NCBI GenBank assembly: GCA_963814585.1
Contig: CAWFDF010000016.1
Span: forward strand, 45,966 to 109,965
Length of the DNA: 64,000 bases
Direction: 5' to 3'
From: an uncultured delta proteobacterium
GTDB lineage: Bacteria; Myxococcota; Myxococcia; Myxococcales; Anaeromyxobacteraceae
Below, piece by piece: positions 31,131 through 42,028 of this stretch (position 1 is its first letter; every line of letters begins with the position of its first letter). The notes under the pieces are model-generated. The model ran no database searches. It saw only the letters and a list, made by a program, of their open reading frames with translations, and had not been told where the DNA came from. A program made the position numbers and the translations under genes.

Positions 31131-31622
31131 CTAGATCTGGCAGCCGAGCGACTTGTCGGCCTTCAACGTCTCGAGCAGCTTGTCGGCGATCTCCTGGGAG
31201 GAGGCCGTCTCGCTGGGGATGATGGTCGAGTAGCGCGACTGGAGCGCCGCGCCGACCGCCTGCGAGTTGCTGCAGCCGGCCATCCAGGTGAGGGCGCCGA
31301 TGGTCTCGCCCTGGCCGCGGCTCATGTCCTTGGCCAGGACCTCGCGGTTGGCCTCGACGAAGTTCTTGGTCCCCTGGGCCATGGCGCCGGTTCCGCAGTT
31401 GGAGGTGCCGGTGGTGATCCCGAAGGTCTGGGTCCCGAAGAGGGAGTTGGTGGTGGCGGCGAGGATCTGGATGGCGCCGGGCTGGCTGCCGAAGGCCATC
31501 GAGCCGAGCCCGCAGCCGGCCGTGCCGTAAGCCCCCTTGCCCTTCAGGGCGGAGGTGGTCGAGTCCGCGGCGAAGGCGGAGGTGGTGACGAGGAGTCCGG
31601 CGATGAGGACGAGTTTGCGCAT
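31131..31622 (-). CDS. DUF3015 family exported protein
   Basis: AGCGLGS, ATTN…QTFGITTGTSNC, DMSRGQGE. Confidence 0.88.
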   Translation of the reverse strand: MRKLVLIAGLLVTTSAFAADSTTSALKGKGAYGTAGCGLGSMAFGSQPGAIQILAATTNSLFGTQTFGITTGTSNCGTGAMAQGTKNFVEANREVLAKDMSRGQGETIGALTWMAGCSNSQAVGAALQSRYSTIIPSETASSQEIADKLLETLKADKSLGCQI

Positions 31623-31829
31623 TCTGGTAGCTCCCGTGATGGTCGTGGAAACCCCCGAACAACCGAGGTGTCGGCCGGGCGGTGATCCGGTCATATCGCC
31701 GCAGGGTGAACGGGCGCCGGGAAATTTGGGGGCTGGCCGGTTTTCTGCCGGGGCCGATGGTCTACAGTTGCGGTCCACCTTTGGGATGGGCATACTTGCC
31801 GGCTGATTCTGAAATCAGGAGGCCGCACC

Positions 31830-32633
31830 ATGGCGTTGAAGATCCTGGTCACCGTGAAGCGCGTCGAGGACCCCGAGTCCAAAATCCGAGTCAAGCCGGA
31901 CGGTTCCGGAATCGTCACCGACGGCGTCAACTACAAGATGAACCCGTTCGACGAGATCGCCGTCGAGGAGGGACTGCGGCTCAAGGAGGCCCACGGCGGC
32001 GAGGTGGTGGTGGTCTCGATCGGCGGCGAGAAGTCGGCCACCGAGATCCGCGCCGCCCTGGCCATGGGGGCCGACCGCGGCGTGCTGGTCCGCCACGACG
32101 GGCCGCTCGACCCGATGGTGGTCTCGGCCATCCTCGCCAAGGTGACCGAGCTGGAGAAGCCCGACCTGATCCTGCTCGGCAAGCAGTCGATCGACGACGA
32201 CCAGAACCAGGCCGGCCAGTACCTGGCGGCGCGCCTCGGCCTGCCGCAGGGCACCTTCGCCTCCAAGACCGAGAGCCTGGAGTCGGAGGCCGAGCAGAAG
32301 AAGGTGCCCGGCCTCAAGCTGGCGGCCGACGGCAAGCGGCTCGAGGTGGTGCGCGAGATCGACGGCGGCGTCGAGACCCTCGACCTGTCGCTGCCCGCGG
32401 TGGTGACCTGCGACCTGCGGCTCAACAAGCCGCGCTTCGCCTCGCTGCCCGGGATCATGAAGGCCAAGAAGAAGGAGCTGAAGGAGCTCCAGGCCGCCAC
32501 GCTGGGCGCCGACCTCGCGCCCAAGGTGGTGATCAAGAGGCTGGCCGAGCCGCCGGCCCGCAAGGGCGGCCTGAAGGTGGCCGACGTCGAGGAACTCTGG
32601 AAGAAGCTCCACGAGGAGGCGAAGGTCGTCTGA
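31830..32633 (+). CDS. etfB: Electron transfer flavoprotein beta subunit
   Basis: MNPFDEIAVEE, ALAMGAD, GKQSIDDD, LNKPRFASL. Confidence 0.96.
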   Translation: MALKILVTVKRVEDPESKIRVKPDGSGIVTDGVNYKMNPFDEIAVEEGLRLKEAHGGEVVVVSIGGEKSATEIRAALAMGADRGVLVRHDGPLDPMVVSAILAKVTELEKPDLILLGKQSIDDDQNQAGQYLAARLGLPQGTFASKTESLESEAEQKKVPGLKLAADGKRLEVVREIDGGVETLDLSLPAVVTCDLRLNKPRFASLPGIMKAKKKELKELQAATLGADLAPKVVIKRLAEPPARKGGLKVADVEELWKKLHEEAKVV

Positions 32634-32647
32634 CCTTCGAGGCCACC

Positions 32648-33604
32648 ATGTCCAACGTCCTGATCATCGCAGAGGCCTTCAAGGGGCAGGTCCGCCGGGC
32701 CTCCCTCCACGCCGTCGGCGCCGGCCAGCAGCTGGCCGGGCGGACCGGCGGCACGCTCCACGTGGTCCTGCTGGGGAAGGGGATCGGCGAGGCGGCCAGG
32801 TCGCTGGCCGCCTACGGCGCCACCGTCCACGCCGCCGATCACGACGCGCTGGCCGCGCCGCTCGCCGAGGCCCACGCCCCGGTGGTGGCCGCGCTGGCGA
32901 GGTCGCTGGGCGCCACCTGGCTGGGCGCCGCCGCCACCGCCTACGGCAAGGATCTCACCCCCCGCGCCGCCGCGCTCCTCGACGCCGCCATGGCCACCGA
33001 GGTCACGGCCTTCGCCGGGGAGGGCGCCGCGGTCCTCTTCCGCCGTCCCATGTGGGCCGGCAACGTGCTGGCCGACGTCGAGCTCGCCACCGCCGTCAAG
33101 GCGTTCACCATCCGCCCCACCGAGTTCGCGCAGGCCACCGCCGGCGCGCCCGGTGAGGTCAAGGCGGCGGCCGTCGAGGTCCCGGCCCTGAAGACCCGCT
33201 TCGTCTCGTTCCAGGAGGTGAAGAGCGAGCGGCCCGAGCTGACCGAGGCCCGCGTGGTGGTGGCCGGTGGTCGCGGCACCAAGGGCGACTTCAAGCCGCT
33301 CGAGGCGCTGGCCGACGCCCTCGGGGGCGCGCTGGGCGCCAGCCGCGCCGCCGTGGACGCCGGCTGGGTGCCGAACGACTGGCAGGTCGGCCAGACCGGC
33401 AAGGTGGTCGCCCCCGACCTCTACGTGGCCGCCGGCATCTCCGGCGCCATCCAGCACGCCGCCGGGATGAAGGGCTCGAAGGTCATCGTCGCCATCAACA
33501 AGGACCCGGAGGCGCCCATCTTCCAGATCGCCGACTACGGCCTGGTCGGCGACCTCTTCAAGGTGCTGCCCGAGCTGGTGGCCAAGGTGAAGGCCAGCCG
33601 TTGA
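32648..33604 (+). CDS. etfA: Electron transfer flavoprotein alpha subunit
   Basis: [29 protein letters not shown]. Confidence 0.96.
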   Translation: MSNVLIIAEAFKGQVRRASLHAVGAGQQLAGRTGGTLHVVLLGKGIGEAARSLAAYGATVHAADHDALAAPLAEAHAPVVAALARSLGATWLGAAATAYGKDLTPRAAALLDAAMATEVTAFAGEGAAVLFRRPMWAGNVLADVELATAVKAFTIRPTEFAQATAGAPGEVKAAAVEVPALKTRFVSFQEVKSERPELTEARVVVAGGRGTKGDFKPLEALADALGGALGASRAAVDAGWVPNDWQVGQTGKVVAPDLYVAAGISGAIQHAAGMKGSKVIVAINKDPEAPIFQIADYGLVGDLFKVLPELVAKVKASR

Positions 33605-33624
33605 CCGACGGTGAAGCACGGGCG

Positions 33625-34626
33625 ATGACCGAGGCGGAGCTGGCCGGGCTCGGCGTCCACCGGCTGCCGGTGCCCATCCCGTTCGTGGCGGCCGGGGGGC
33701 CGGTCAACCTCTACGTCATCGAGGCCGACGGCGGCGGCCTGGTCCTCTTCGACGCCGGCCTGGGCTCCGAGCCGGCCCAGGCCGCGCTGGCCGCCGGCTT
33801 CGACCGGCTCGGATTCCGCTTCGAGGAGGTGCGGCGCATCGTGGTGAGCCACGGCCACGTGGATCACTACGGCGCGGCCCGCTGGATCCAGGAGCGCCAC
33901 GGCGGCGAGCTGCCGGTGTTCGCCCACCCGCGCGACCTCCTGAAGATGGACGAGGCCGGCCCGCGGTTCCGCGACCAGCACCACCTCTACGGCGCGCACT
34001 TCTTCAAGCTGGGCGTCCCCATCGAGGTGATGGCGGCCATGGCGGCGTCGGGCGACGGCTCGAGCCGGCTGGCGCGGCGCATCCCCGGCGTCCGGCCCAT
34101 CGAGGCCGGCGCCGTGGTCGAGGGGCGGGCGCTGCGCTTCGAGGTGATCGAGATGCCGGGCCACACCCCCGGCCTGATCTGCCTCTGGGCCCCGGACCGC
34201 GGGGTGCTGCTCCCCGCCGACCACCTGCTGGAGAAGGTCTCGCCCAACCCCATCGTCGAGCTCGACGCCGAGGGTCGGACGGTGCACCGGCCGCTGGCCG
34301 TCTACCTGGCCTCGCTGGAGCGGACCCGGGCCATGGAGATCTCGCTGATCATGCCGGGCCACGGCCCCGGCTTCAGCGGGCACCGGGCGCTCATCGACTC
34401 GCTGCTCGGCTTCTACCAGAAGCGCCAGGAGCGGCTGCTCGGGCTGCTGGCCGACCGCCCGCGCACCGGCTGGGAGCTCTGCCAGGCCATCTTCCCGCGG
34501 GCCGGCCCGCCCGAGGCCTTCCTGACCATGAGCGAGACGGTGGCCAACCTCGAGGTGCTGGAGGACCACGGCGCGGTGGTGCGCTTCGAGGAGGACGGCG
34601 CCTGGCGGTTCCAGCGGGCGGCCTGA
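33625..34626 (+). CDS. Metallo-beta-lactamase-fold hydrolase
   Basis: SHGHVDHYG, PGHTPG, ADH, PGHG. Confidence 0.9.
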   Translation: MTEAELAGLGVHRLPVPIPFVAAGGPVNLYVIEADGGGLVLFDAGLGSEPAQAALAAGFDRLGFRFEEVRRIVVSHGHVDHYGAARWIQERHGGELPVFAHPRDLLKMDEAGPRFRDQHHLYGAHFFKLGVPIEVMAAMAASGDGSSRLARRIPGVRPIEAGAVVEGRALRFEVIEMPGHTPGLICLWAPDRGVLLPADHLLEKVSPNPIVELDAEGRTVHRPLAVYLASLERTRAMEISLIMPGHGPGFSGHRALIDSLLGFYQKRQERLLGLLADRPRTGWELCQAIFPRAGPPEAFLTMSETVANLEVLEDHGAVVRFEEDGAWRFQRAA

Positions 34627-34725
34627 TCGCGCCCGGCGGGTGGCCTCCCGTCGCGCTGAGGACGCAACCACCCTGCTTCGGCGCCCCGGCTGGCCTCGCC
34701 GGGCCTCCTTCGGCTACAAGGCCCC

Positions 34726-35631
34726 GTGCCGGATCTCGCGCTCCTCCTCCTCACCCTGCTCTGGGGGTCCACCTTCACGATGGTGAAGGTGGCCATGGAG
34801 ATCGTCTCGCCCGGCGTCTTCCTGGCGCTCCGCTTCGGCCTGGCCGCCGCGGTGCTGGGGCTGGTGGCGCTGTGGCGGCGCGACCGCATCGGCCCCGGCT
34901 TCTGGAGCCACGGCGTCCTCCTCGGCCTCCTCATGCTGGTCGGCTTCGCGCTCCAGACCATGGGGCTGCGCTTCACCACGCCGGCCCGCTCCGGCTTCTT
35001 CACCGGGCTGTCGGTGCTCTTCGTCCCCTTCATCACCCACTTCACGCTGCGCCGGCCGGTGCGCTGGAGCGCCTGGGCCGGGGTGGGGCTGGCGGTGCTG
35101 GGCGCCGCGCTGCTGGCCCGCCCCTTCGGCCAGCCGGCCCACCCCGAGCAGCGGCTCGGGGACCTGCTCACCACCGGCTGCGCCGTGGCCTACGGCCTGC
35201 AGATCGCCTTCACCAGCGAGTGGTCGCACCGCCACCCGCTGGTCCCCTTCACGCTGCTGCAGGTCGCGGTGGTGGCGGCGGGCGCGCTGCTCATGATCCC
35301 GCTGGAGGGGGGACGGCTCGACGACGCTCGCTGGCGCGAGCTCGTCGGCGTGGTGGCCTTCACCGGGCTGCTCATGACCGCCGCCGCCTTCTTCGTCATG
35401 AACTGGGCGCAGCGCCACACCAGCGCGGTGCGGGCCGCGCTCATCTACGCGCTGGAGCCGGTCTCCGCGGCCTTCTTCAGCTGGCTCTTGATCGGCGAGC
35501 TGCTGGGCCCGCTGGGCCTGGCCGGGGGCGCCCTCATCGTGCTCGGCGTGGTGGCGGGCGAGGTGGGCGGGGCCTGGCAGGCGAGGCGGGCCGCCGCCGT
35601 CGAGGAGCCGCCCGGTCCCTACCCGTCCTGA
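34726..35631 (+). CDS. DMT/EamA family transporter
   Basis: Ten TM helices; LWGSTF, RF and LEPV motifs. Confidence 0.9.
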   Translation: MPDLALLLLTLLWGSTFTMVKVAMEIVSPGVFLALRFGLAAAVLGLVALWRRDRIGPGFWSHGVLLGLLMLVGFALQTMGLRFTTPARSGFFTGLSVLFVPFITHFTLRRPVRWSAWAGVGLAVLGAALLARPFGQPAHPEQRLGDLLTTGCAVAYGLQIAFTSEWSHRHPLVPFTLLQVAVVAAGALLMIPLEGGRLDDARWRELVGVVAFTGLLMTAAAFFVMNWAQRHTSAVRAALIYALEPVSAAFFSWLLIGELLGPLGLAGGALIVLGVVAGEVGGAWQARRAAAVEEPPGPYPS

Positions 35632-35688
35632 CGGGGCGGGCGGAGAAGTGCTCGCCGGCCTCGCCGCAGCGGGGTAGAACCGGCTCCC

Positions 35689-37184
35689 ATGCGCCAGCGA
35701 CTCCGGCTCGCCGCCATCGCCGCCGCCGTCCTGCTCGGCGCGCTCGCGCTGCTGCAGGCCCGCCGCGGCGGGCCGCCGACGCCGCGGGGCGAGAGCCGGC
35801 TCGCCCTGGCCCCGTGCCAGCTGGCCCACCCGTTCCTCGCCAGCCGCATCCCGGCGAGGTGCGGCACGCTGGAGGTGCCCGAGGACCACGACCGGCCGGA
35901 TGGGCGGAAGCTCGCGCTCCGCGTCGCGGTGATCGAGGCCGAGGCGGGCGGCCGCCAGCCCGACCCGGTCCTCTTCCTCGCCGGCGGCCCGGGGCAGGCG
36001 GCCACCGAGATCTACCCGGCCATCGCCGACGCCTTCACCCGGGTGGCCCGCAAGCGGGACATCGTGCTGGTGGACCAGCGCGGCACCGGCAGGTCGGCGC
36101 CGCTCGACTGCCGCGACCTCTCCGAGCCGGCCGCCGTGGACCGGACCGAGCAGGCCGAGCTGAAGCTGGTGGCGGCCTGCGGCGAGAAGCTGGCCGCCGT
36201 CGCCGACCTGCGCCGCTACGGCTCGGAGGACTTCGCCCGCGACCTCGACCAGGTGCGGGCGGCGCTCGGCGCCGAGCGGGTCAACCTGGTGGGCGGCTCC
36301 TACGGCACGCGGGCCGCGCTGGTCTACGCCCGCCGCTTCCCGGCCCGGGTGCGGACCATGGTGCTGGACGGCGTGGCGCCCCTGGAGATGCCCGTCGGGG
36401 GCTGGTTCGAGCGCGACGCGCAGCGGGCCCTCACGCTGGCGGTGGAGCGGTGCCGCGCCGAGGAGGCGTGCCGGAAGGCCTTCCCGGACCCGGCCGGCGA
36501 CCTGGCGGCGCTGCTGGCCTCGCTGGAGCGGCAGCCGCGCACCCTCTCCCTGCGCGATCCGCTCAGCGGGGCGCCGCGGTCGGTGACGCTCGACGCCGGG
36601 ACGGTGCGCCGGCTGGTCTTCCTGCTCTCCTACGCGCCGGAGACCGTCTCGCTCCTGCCGGCGCTGCTGTCCGAGGCCCGCCGCGGCGACCCCGGGCCGC
36701 TGGCGTCGCTCGGCCTCTCGGCCGGCCGGGACGTGGAGGCCACCATCTCCCGCCCGCTCCAGTTCGCCGTGCTCTGCGCCGAGGACGTCCCGCGCTTCCC
36801 GCCCGCCGACCCGGCGGCCGACCGGGGGCGCTACCTGGGCGCCTCGGTGAGCGCGGCCTTCCAGGCGGCCTGCCAGCGCTTCCCCCACGGCGAGAGCCCG
36901 CCATCCTTTGCCGAGCCGGTCCGGTCGGAGGCGCCCACGCTGCTCCTCTCCGGCGAGGCCGACCCGGTGACGCCGCCGGAGTGGGCCGCCATCGCCGCCA
37001 GGGGCCTCCCCAGGAGCCTGCAGCTCACGCTGGCCGGGCAGGCCCACGGCACGCTCTCCCGCGGCTGCATGCCGAAGGTGGTGGAGCGGTTCATCGAGGC
37101 GGGGACCGCCGACGGGCTCGACACCGCCTGCCTGGCGCTGGTGAGGCCGCAGCCCTTCTTCCTCGACCTGGCGGGGCCCATGCC

Positions 37185-37188
<4 letters not shown>
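35689..37188 (+). CDS. Exported alpha/beta hydrolase (peptidase S33/TAP-like)
   Basis: GGPG, DQRGTG, GGSYG, DPVTP, HG. Confidence 0.88.
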
Positions 37189-37912
<724 letters not shown>

Positions 37913-37916
<4 letters not shown>

Positions 37917-39094
37917 GGTGGGACCTGCTCGGCGTGGTCTTCAAGAAGGAGGTGCTCGACAGCCTGCGCGACCGGCGCACCCTGGCGATGGTCCTCTTCT
38001 TCCCGGTCTTCGGGCCCATGGTCCTGGCCGGGACGCTCTCGCTGATCTCCCGCGAGGCGCGCAGCGTGGACGAGAAGCCGGTGGCGCTGCCGGTGGTGGC
38101 GGCGGAGCGGGCCCCCAACCTGATGGCCTTCCTGGTGGAGCGCGGCGTCGAGGTGAAGCCGCCCCCGGCCGATCCGGCCGCCGCGGTCCGGCTGAGCGAC
38201 GCCGACGTGGTGCTGGAGATCCCGGCCGACCACGCCGAGGCGCTGCGGGCGGGGCGTCCGGCGCCGGTGAAGCTCTACCTCGACGAGTCGCGCCGCTCGT
38301 CCCACTCGGCGGTGGCGCGGGTCAAGGCGCTGCTGGAGGGCTACTCGCGGCGGATCGGCGTGCAGCGGCTGGTGCTGCGCGGCGTCCACCCGGCGGCGGC
38401 CACGGCGCTGGCGGTGGAGGAGGTCGACCTGGCCACGCCGCAGAGCCGCGCCGCCATGCTCCTCTCCATGCTCCCCTACTTCCTGGTCATGGCGCTCTTC
38501 ATGGGCGGGATGTCGGTGGCCATCGACGCCACCGCCGGCGAGCGCGAGCGGCAGTCGCTGGAGGCGCTGCTGCTCCACCCGGTGCCGCGCTCGGCGGTGG
38601 TGCTGGGCAAGCTGCTGGCCGCGGCGGCCTTCGCCGGCGTGACGCTGGTGGAGACCACCGTCGGCTTCGGCTTCGTGCCGCTGCTGGTGCCGCTGGAGGC
38701 GCTCGGCTTCTCCATGCGGCTCGACCCGGCGGTGCTGGCGCGGATCCTGGTGCTGATGCTGCCGCTGCTCTTCCTGGTCGTGGCCTTCATCCTGCTGGTG
38801 GCGTCGCGGGCCCGCACCTTCCGCGCCGCCCAGTCGAGCGTCTCCTTCATGATGCTGGTGCCGGCCACGCCCGGCATCGTGCTGGGGCTGGTGCCGATCA
38901 AGCTCAAGCTCTGGATGCTGCTCATCCCGGCCTTCGGCGACCAGCTGCTGGTGAACCGGCTGCTGCGCGGCGAGCCGGTCGAGCCGGTCCACATGGCGCT
39001 CTGCATGGCCTCGACGCTGCTCTGGGCGGTGGCGGTGACGGCGCTCACGGTGCGCGCCTTCAAGGACGAGAAGTTCCTTTTCGGGAAGGCGTGA
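37913..39094 (+). CDS. NatB-like ABC-2 permease
   Basis: KKEVLDSLRDRRT, AGERERQSLEALL, LGK. Confidence 0.88.
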
Positions 39095-39257
39095 CGGCGG
39101 GCCGCCCGTGCACCGGGGGAGGTGGCCCGCGCCGGCGGGCGGGCCCCGGGAGGTTCCGTCGGTGCCGCGGAAGCCCCGGTGGCAGGACCCACGCTGACCG
39201 GTGCGGGGGAAGGGCGCGAGACCAGTCTGGAGGCTCACGGGAAAGGCGGGTGCCAGC

Positions 39258-39692
39258 GTGAACGAGGATCACTTCAGGAAGCTCGAGCACATGTACGCCG
39301 GGGCGAACATCAACGCGTTCTTCCGGCCGCGGCTCGCCATCGGCGAGGGCCGGGCCGAACTGCGCCTCACGGTGCGCCCGGACTTCTTCCACGCCGCCGG
39401 GGCCGTGCACGGCTCGGTCTACTTCAAGGCCATGGACGACTCGGCCTTCTTCGCGGCGGCCTCGCTGGTCGAGGACGTCTTCGTGCTCACCGCCGGCTTC
39501 AGCCTCCACCTGCTCCGGCCCATCCGCGAGGGGGAGATGATCGCCACCGCCACCGTGGTGAGCCGCTCGCGCGCCCAGATCATCGCCGACACCGTGGTCC
39601 GCGACGGCGCCGGAGCCCAGCTGTCGCGGGGCACCGGGACCTTCATGCGCAGCGCCATCCCGCTCACCGGGGAGATCGGGTACCGGCTCTGA
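39258..39692 (+). CDS. PaaI-family hot-dog thioesterase
   Basis: HAAGAVHGSVYFKAMDD, LLRP. Confidence 0.88.
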   Translation: MNEDHFRKLEHMYAGANINAFFRPRLAIGEGRAELRLTVRPDFFHAAGAVHGSVYFKAMDDSAFFAAASLVEDVFVLTAGFSLHLLRPIREGEMIATATVVSRSRAQIIADTVVRDGAGAQLSRGTGTFMRSAIPLTGEIGYRL

Positions 39693-39871
39693 CTCGCCTC
39701 TCGCGATCTGCAACCGGCCGCGGGTCCTGAGGCCTCCGGAGAGCCAGCACTCCGGCCGCAAGGTCTCCCCGGGTCCTCACGTCCGAGGTCCACGCGCATG
39801 GCCGGTCCCCCTGGCCTGCGACGCACGGTACGAGAAGCCACCAGGGACACGGCGCGGTGGGGTGCAGGGTC

Positions 39872-40201
39872 TCACCGTGGCCGAGGGAAGGGCGAACAGG
39901 ACCCCATGTCGCAGCTTCCCCCAGGGCACTGCGAATCGAAGGAGCAGGCGCTGGTCTCCGGCGGGAACGGCGAGCAGCGGCCGAAGCGGCAGCTTCCACC
40001 CGGGCACTGGGAGTCGAAGGCGCAGGCGCTGGCATCTGGCGGGAAGGGCGAACAGGTCCCGAAGCGGCAGCTCCCAGCGAGGCACTCGGAGTCGAAGCTG
40101 CACCTGGCCGGGCCGGCCGTGGCGGCCGTCGACGGGGCGTGCTGGCCGGAGGCGCAGCCGACGAGCAGCGCGATCACGGCACCGAACAGTGGCCGATTCA
40201 T
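39872..40201 (-). CDS. Small lipoprotein with three Cys-rich tandem repeats
   Basis: Lipobox LVGC; three copies of CxFDSxCxxGSCxxGxCSPFP. Confidence 0.8.
   Translation of the reverse strand: MNRPLFGAVIALLVGCASGQHAPSTAATAGPARCSFDSECLAGSCRFGTCSPFPPDASACAFDSQCPGGSCRFGRCSPFPPETSACSFDSQCPGGSCDMGSCSPFPRPR
39880..40102. repeat. 78 bp coding tandem repeat, three units
   Basis: 26 aa periodicity in the minus-strand lipoprotein, also visible at DNA level. Confidence 0.75.
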
Positions 40202-40241
40202 CTCTGCTTCCCCCGTCTTCGATCCCGGTCGGATGCCGAGG

Positions 40242-41538
40242 TCATCTCATCTCAAGGCGCGGGCCAGGGTACCGCCCCACGCACCGCTCCCCGAAGAGCT
40301 GCCGCGCCGCCAGGGCGTTGTGATCGCGGCAGAGAAGGCGAAGGTTGTCCACCGTCGGCATGCCGTTCATGCCCCAAGGGACGACATGGTCGAGTTCCAG
40401 CCGGTGGGTCGAGCCGCAACGGCCGCCTCCGTCCAGGGGCCACGTGCAGCGGCCGCCATCACGCTCCCAGACGGCGCGGCGGACGGCGGCGGGGATCGCT
40501 TCGCGCGGGCCAGTGCGGCGGTGGAATGGTTCCGAGATGGCTGCTTCGAAGTCATGCGCGGGCAAGGCCGAGGTGGGCACCGAGACCGAGCCTGTGGCCG
40601 GAGTCGCGCCCGGCGCAGGAGCCGGTCTGGCCGCGGGAGTCGCGGGGGCCGTAGGGGCTGGCGCGACGCTGCGCGGTCGCTTCACCTGCCCCCGCGCCTT
40701 GGCCTGCTTCTCCAGCAACAGGTCGAGCGCCGCCTCGAGCACCTGCTCGGTGGTGGCGCCCGGGATGGCGTGAGAGAGGCCGACGCGTGCAGCCTCCACC
40801 TTCTTCAACAACCGCTGCGTCACGGTGACGTGGAGCCGGCGCAGGTCTGCGGAGAGAGGCTCGACCTCGTCACGCCGGGCGTCGCACCGAGCCTCTCCCC
40901 CAAATGCCACTTCGGACGTCCGAAGTTGCGTTAGAGGGACCACGTTCGGGTGCAGGGAGAGCGCCAACTCATCCCTGGGCGCCGACGCCAGGGTGAGCGG
41001 GGCGTGGGCCACGGCTGATGGCCAATCGACCACCGCTTGGGTGGCTCCGGTGACAATCGTCCGGGTCGCTGGCGCCTGGCGGGGCTGCAGCTCGGCGACC
41101 ACCTCCTGCGCCTCCCGCGCCGAGAGGCCGAAGAAGCGCGGCAGCACCTCGGCGCGGTTCTCTTCGGTCAGCACCTTGGCCAGCTCGGCAGAGGCGGTGC
41201 AGCAGAGCCGGCCGTCGCGAAGCGGCTCGACGAGGTCGGGGAAGCGCTGGAGGAGCCGGGCGGCACTCATCCGCCAGTAGGCGCTCGGGTTGGGCAGCCT
41301 CAACTCGACATGCAGGAAGGCGAAGAGGCTGGCGTGGCCCAGTGCCTCCCAGCCGCGCCGGCGATCGAAGTCGGCCAGGGCGACGAGGAAGTCGGCCATG
41401 GCGGACTGCTCCTTCCGCAAGAGGGACCTGAGCGCATCACGCTGCTGTCGTGCTTCCAGGAGTTCGAGGGCGAGGGCTGGCCGCTCCGTGCAATGAAGCC
41501 GCGGCCGAGGAAAGGGTCGGTTGCGCGTGGTCGATCAT
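40242..41538 (-). CDS. HNH endonuclease with a DUF222-like N-terminal helical region (probable frameshift near 41480)
   Basis: RRAVWERDGGRC…LELDHVVP…NLRLLCRDHN; frame open upstream of TTG 41420; likely ATG at ~41538 in another frame. Confidence 0.8.
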
Positions 41539-41562
41539 TCACGCATCGTCTCATCCGGGTCT

Positions 41563-41579
41563 GACATTTCCGGAATGTC
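41563..41579. promoter_or_regulatory. Near-perfect palindrome upstream of the HNH gene
   Basis: GACATTTCCGGAATGTC. Confidence 0.35.
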
Positions 41580-42028
41580 GAGAACGCAGGAAACCCAAGA
41601 GGGACGCCCATTATGCGGCCCCTGCCGCCTGCGACCGCGCCAGCCATGGGGCACACCGACGCCGTACGCGAGCGCTCCCCGAGAGCCGAGCCCATCGGTG
41701 CGCCGCCCGTCCTGGCTCACCCGTCGCTTCGCCATCCTCCTGTCCCTCGGTGCCGTCCGGCTCGCCTGCAGGCGTCCTGGCCCAGCACGCGCCATGCTCA
41801 CCCCTCGCTGCACTTCTCGCTCGCCTGGCGGAGTCCCTTGACGTTCCACGCCGGGCCACCGACTGCCCATCCGCGCGGGCCGCCCACGCCCACCCTGCCT
41901 GCGCAGCTCGCTCGCCGGTCGCTGCCGCCCGCGGTGCCGAAAGCCGCTTCGATCCCGCTCACCCTTCGCCGCCCGGGCCGCACCGGCGGGACGCAGGCCG
42001 GCAGCTCCGCCCCCTCCCCCCTCTCACC

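Noticed and set aside
22688..31662. Very long ORFs 22688..25609 (+), 27898..31662 (-) and the 5' part of 25708..29115 (+)
   Set aside because: Shadow or off-frame ORFs; only the 28033-29115 part (buk) has protein motifs
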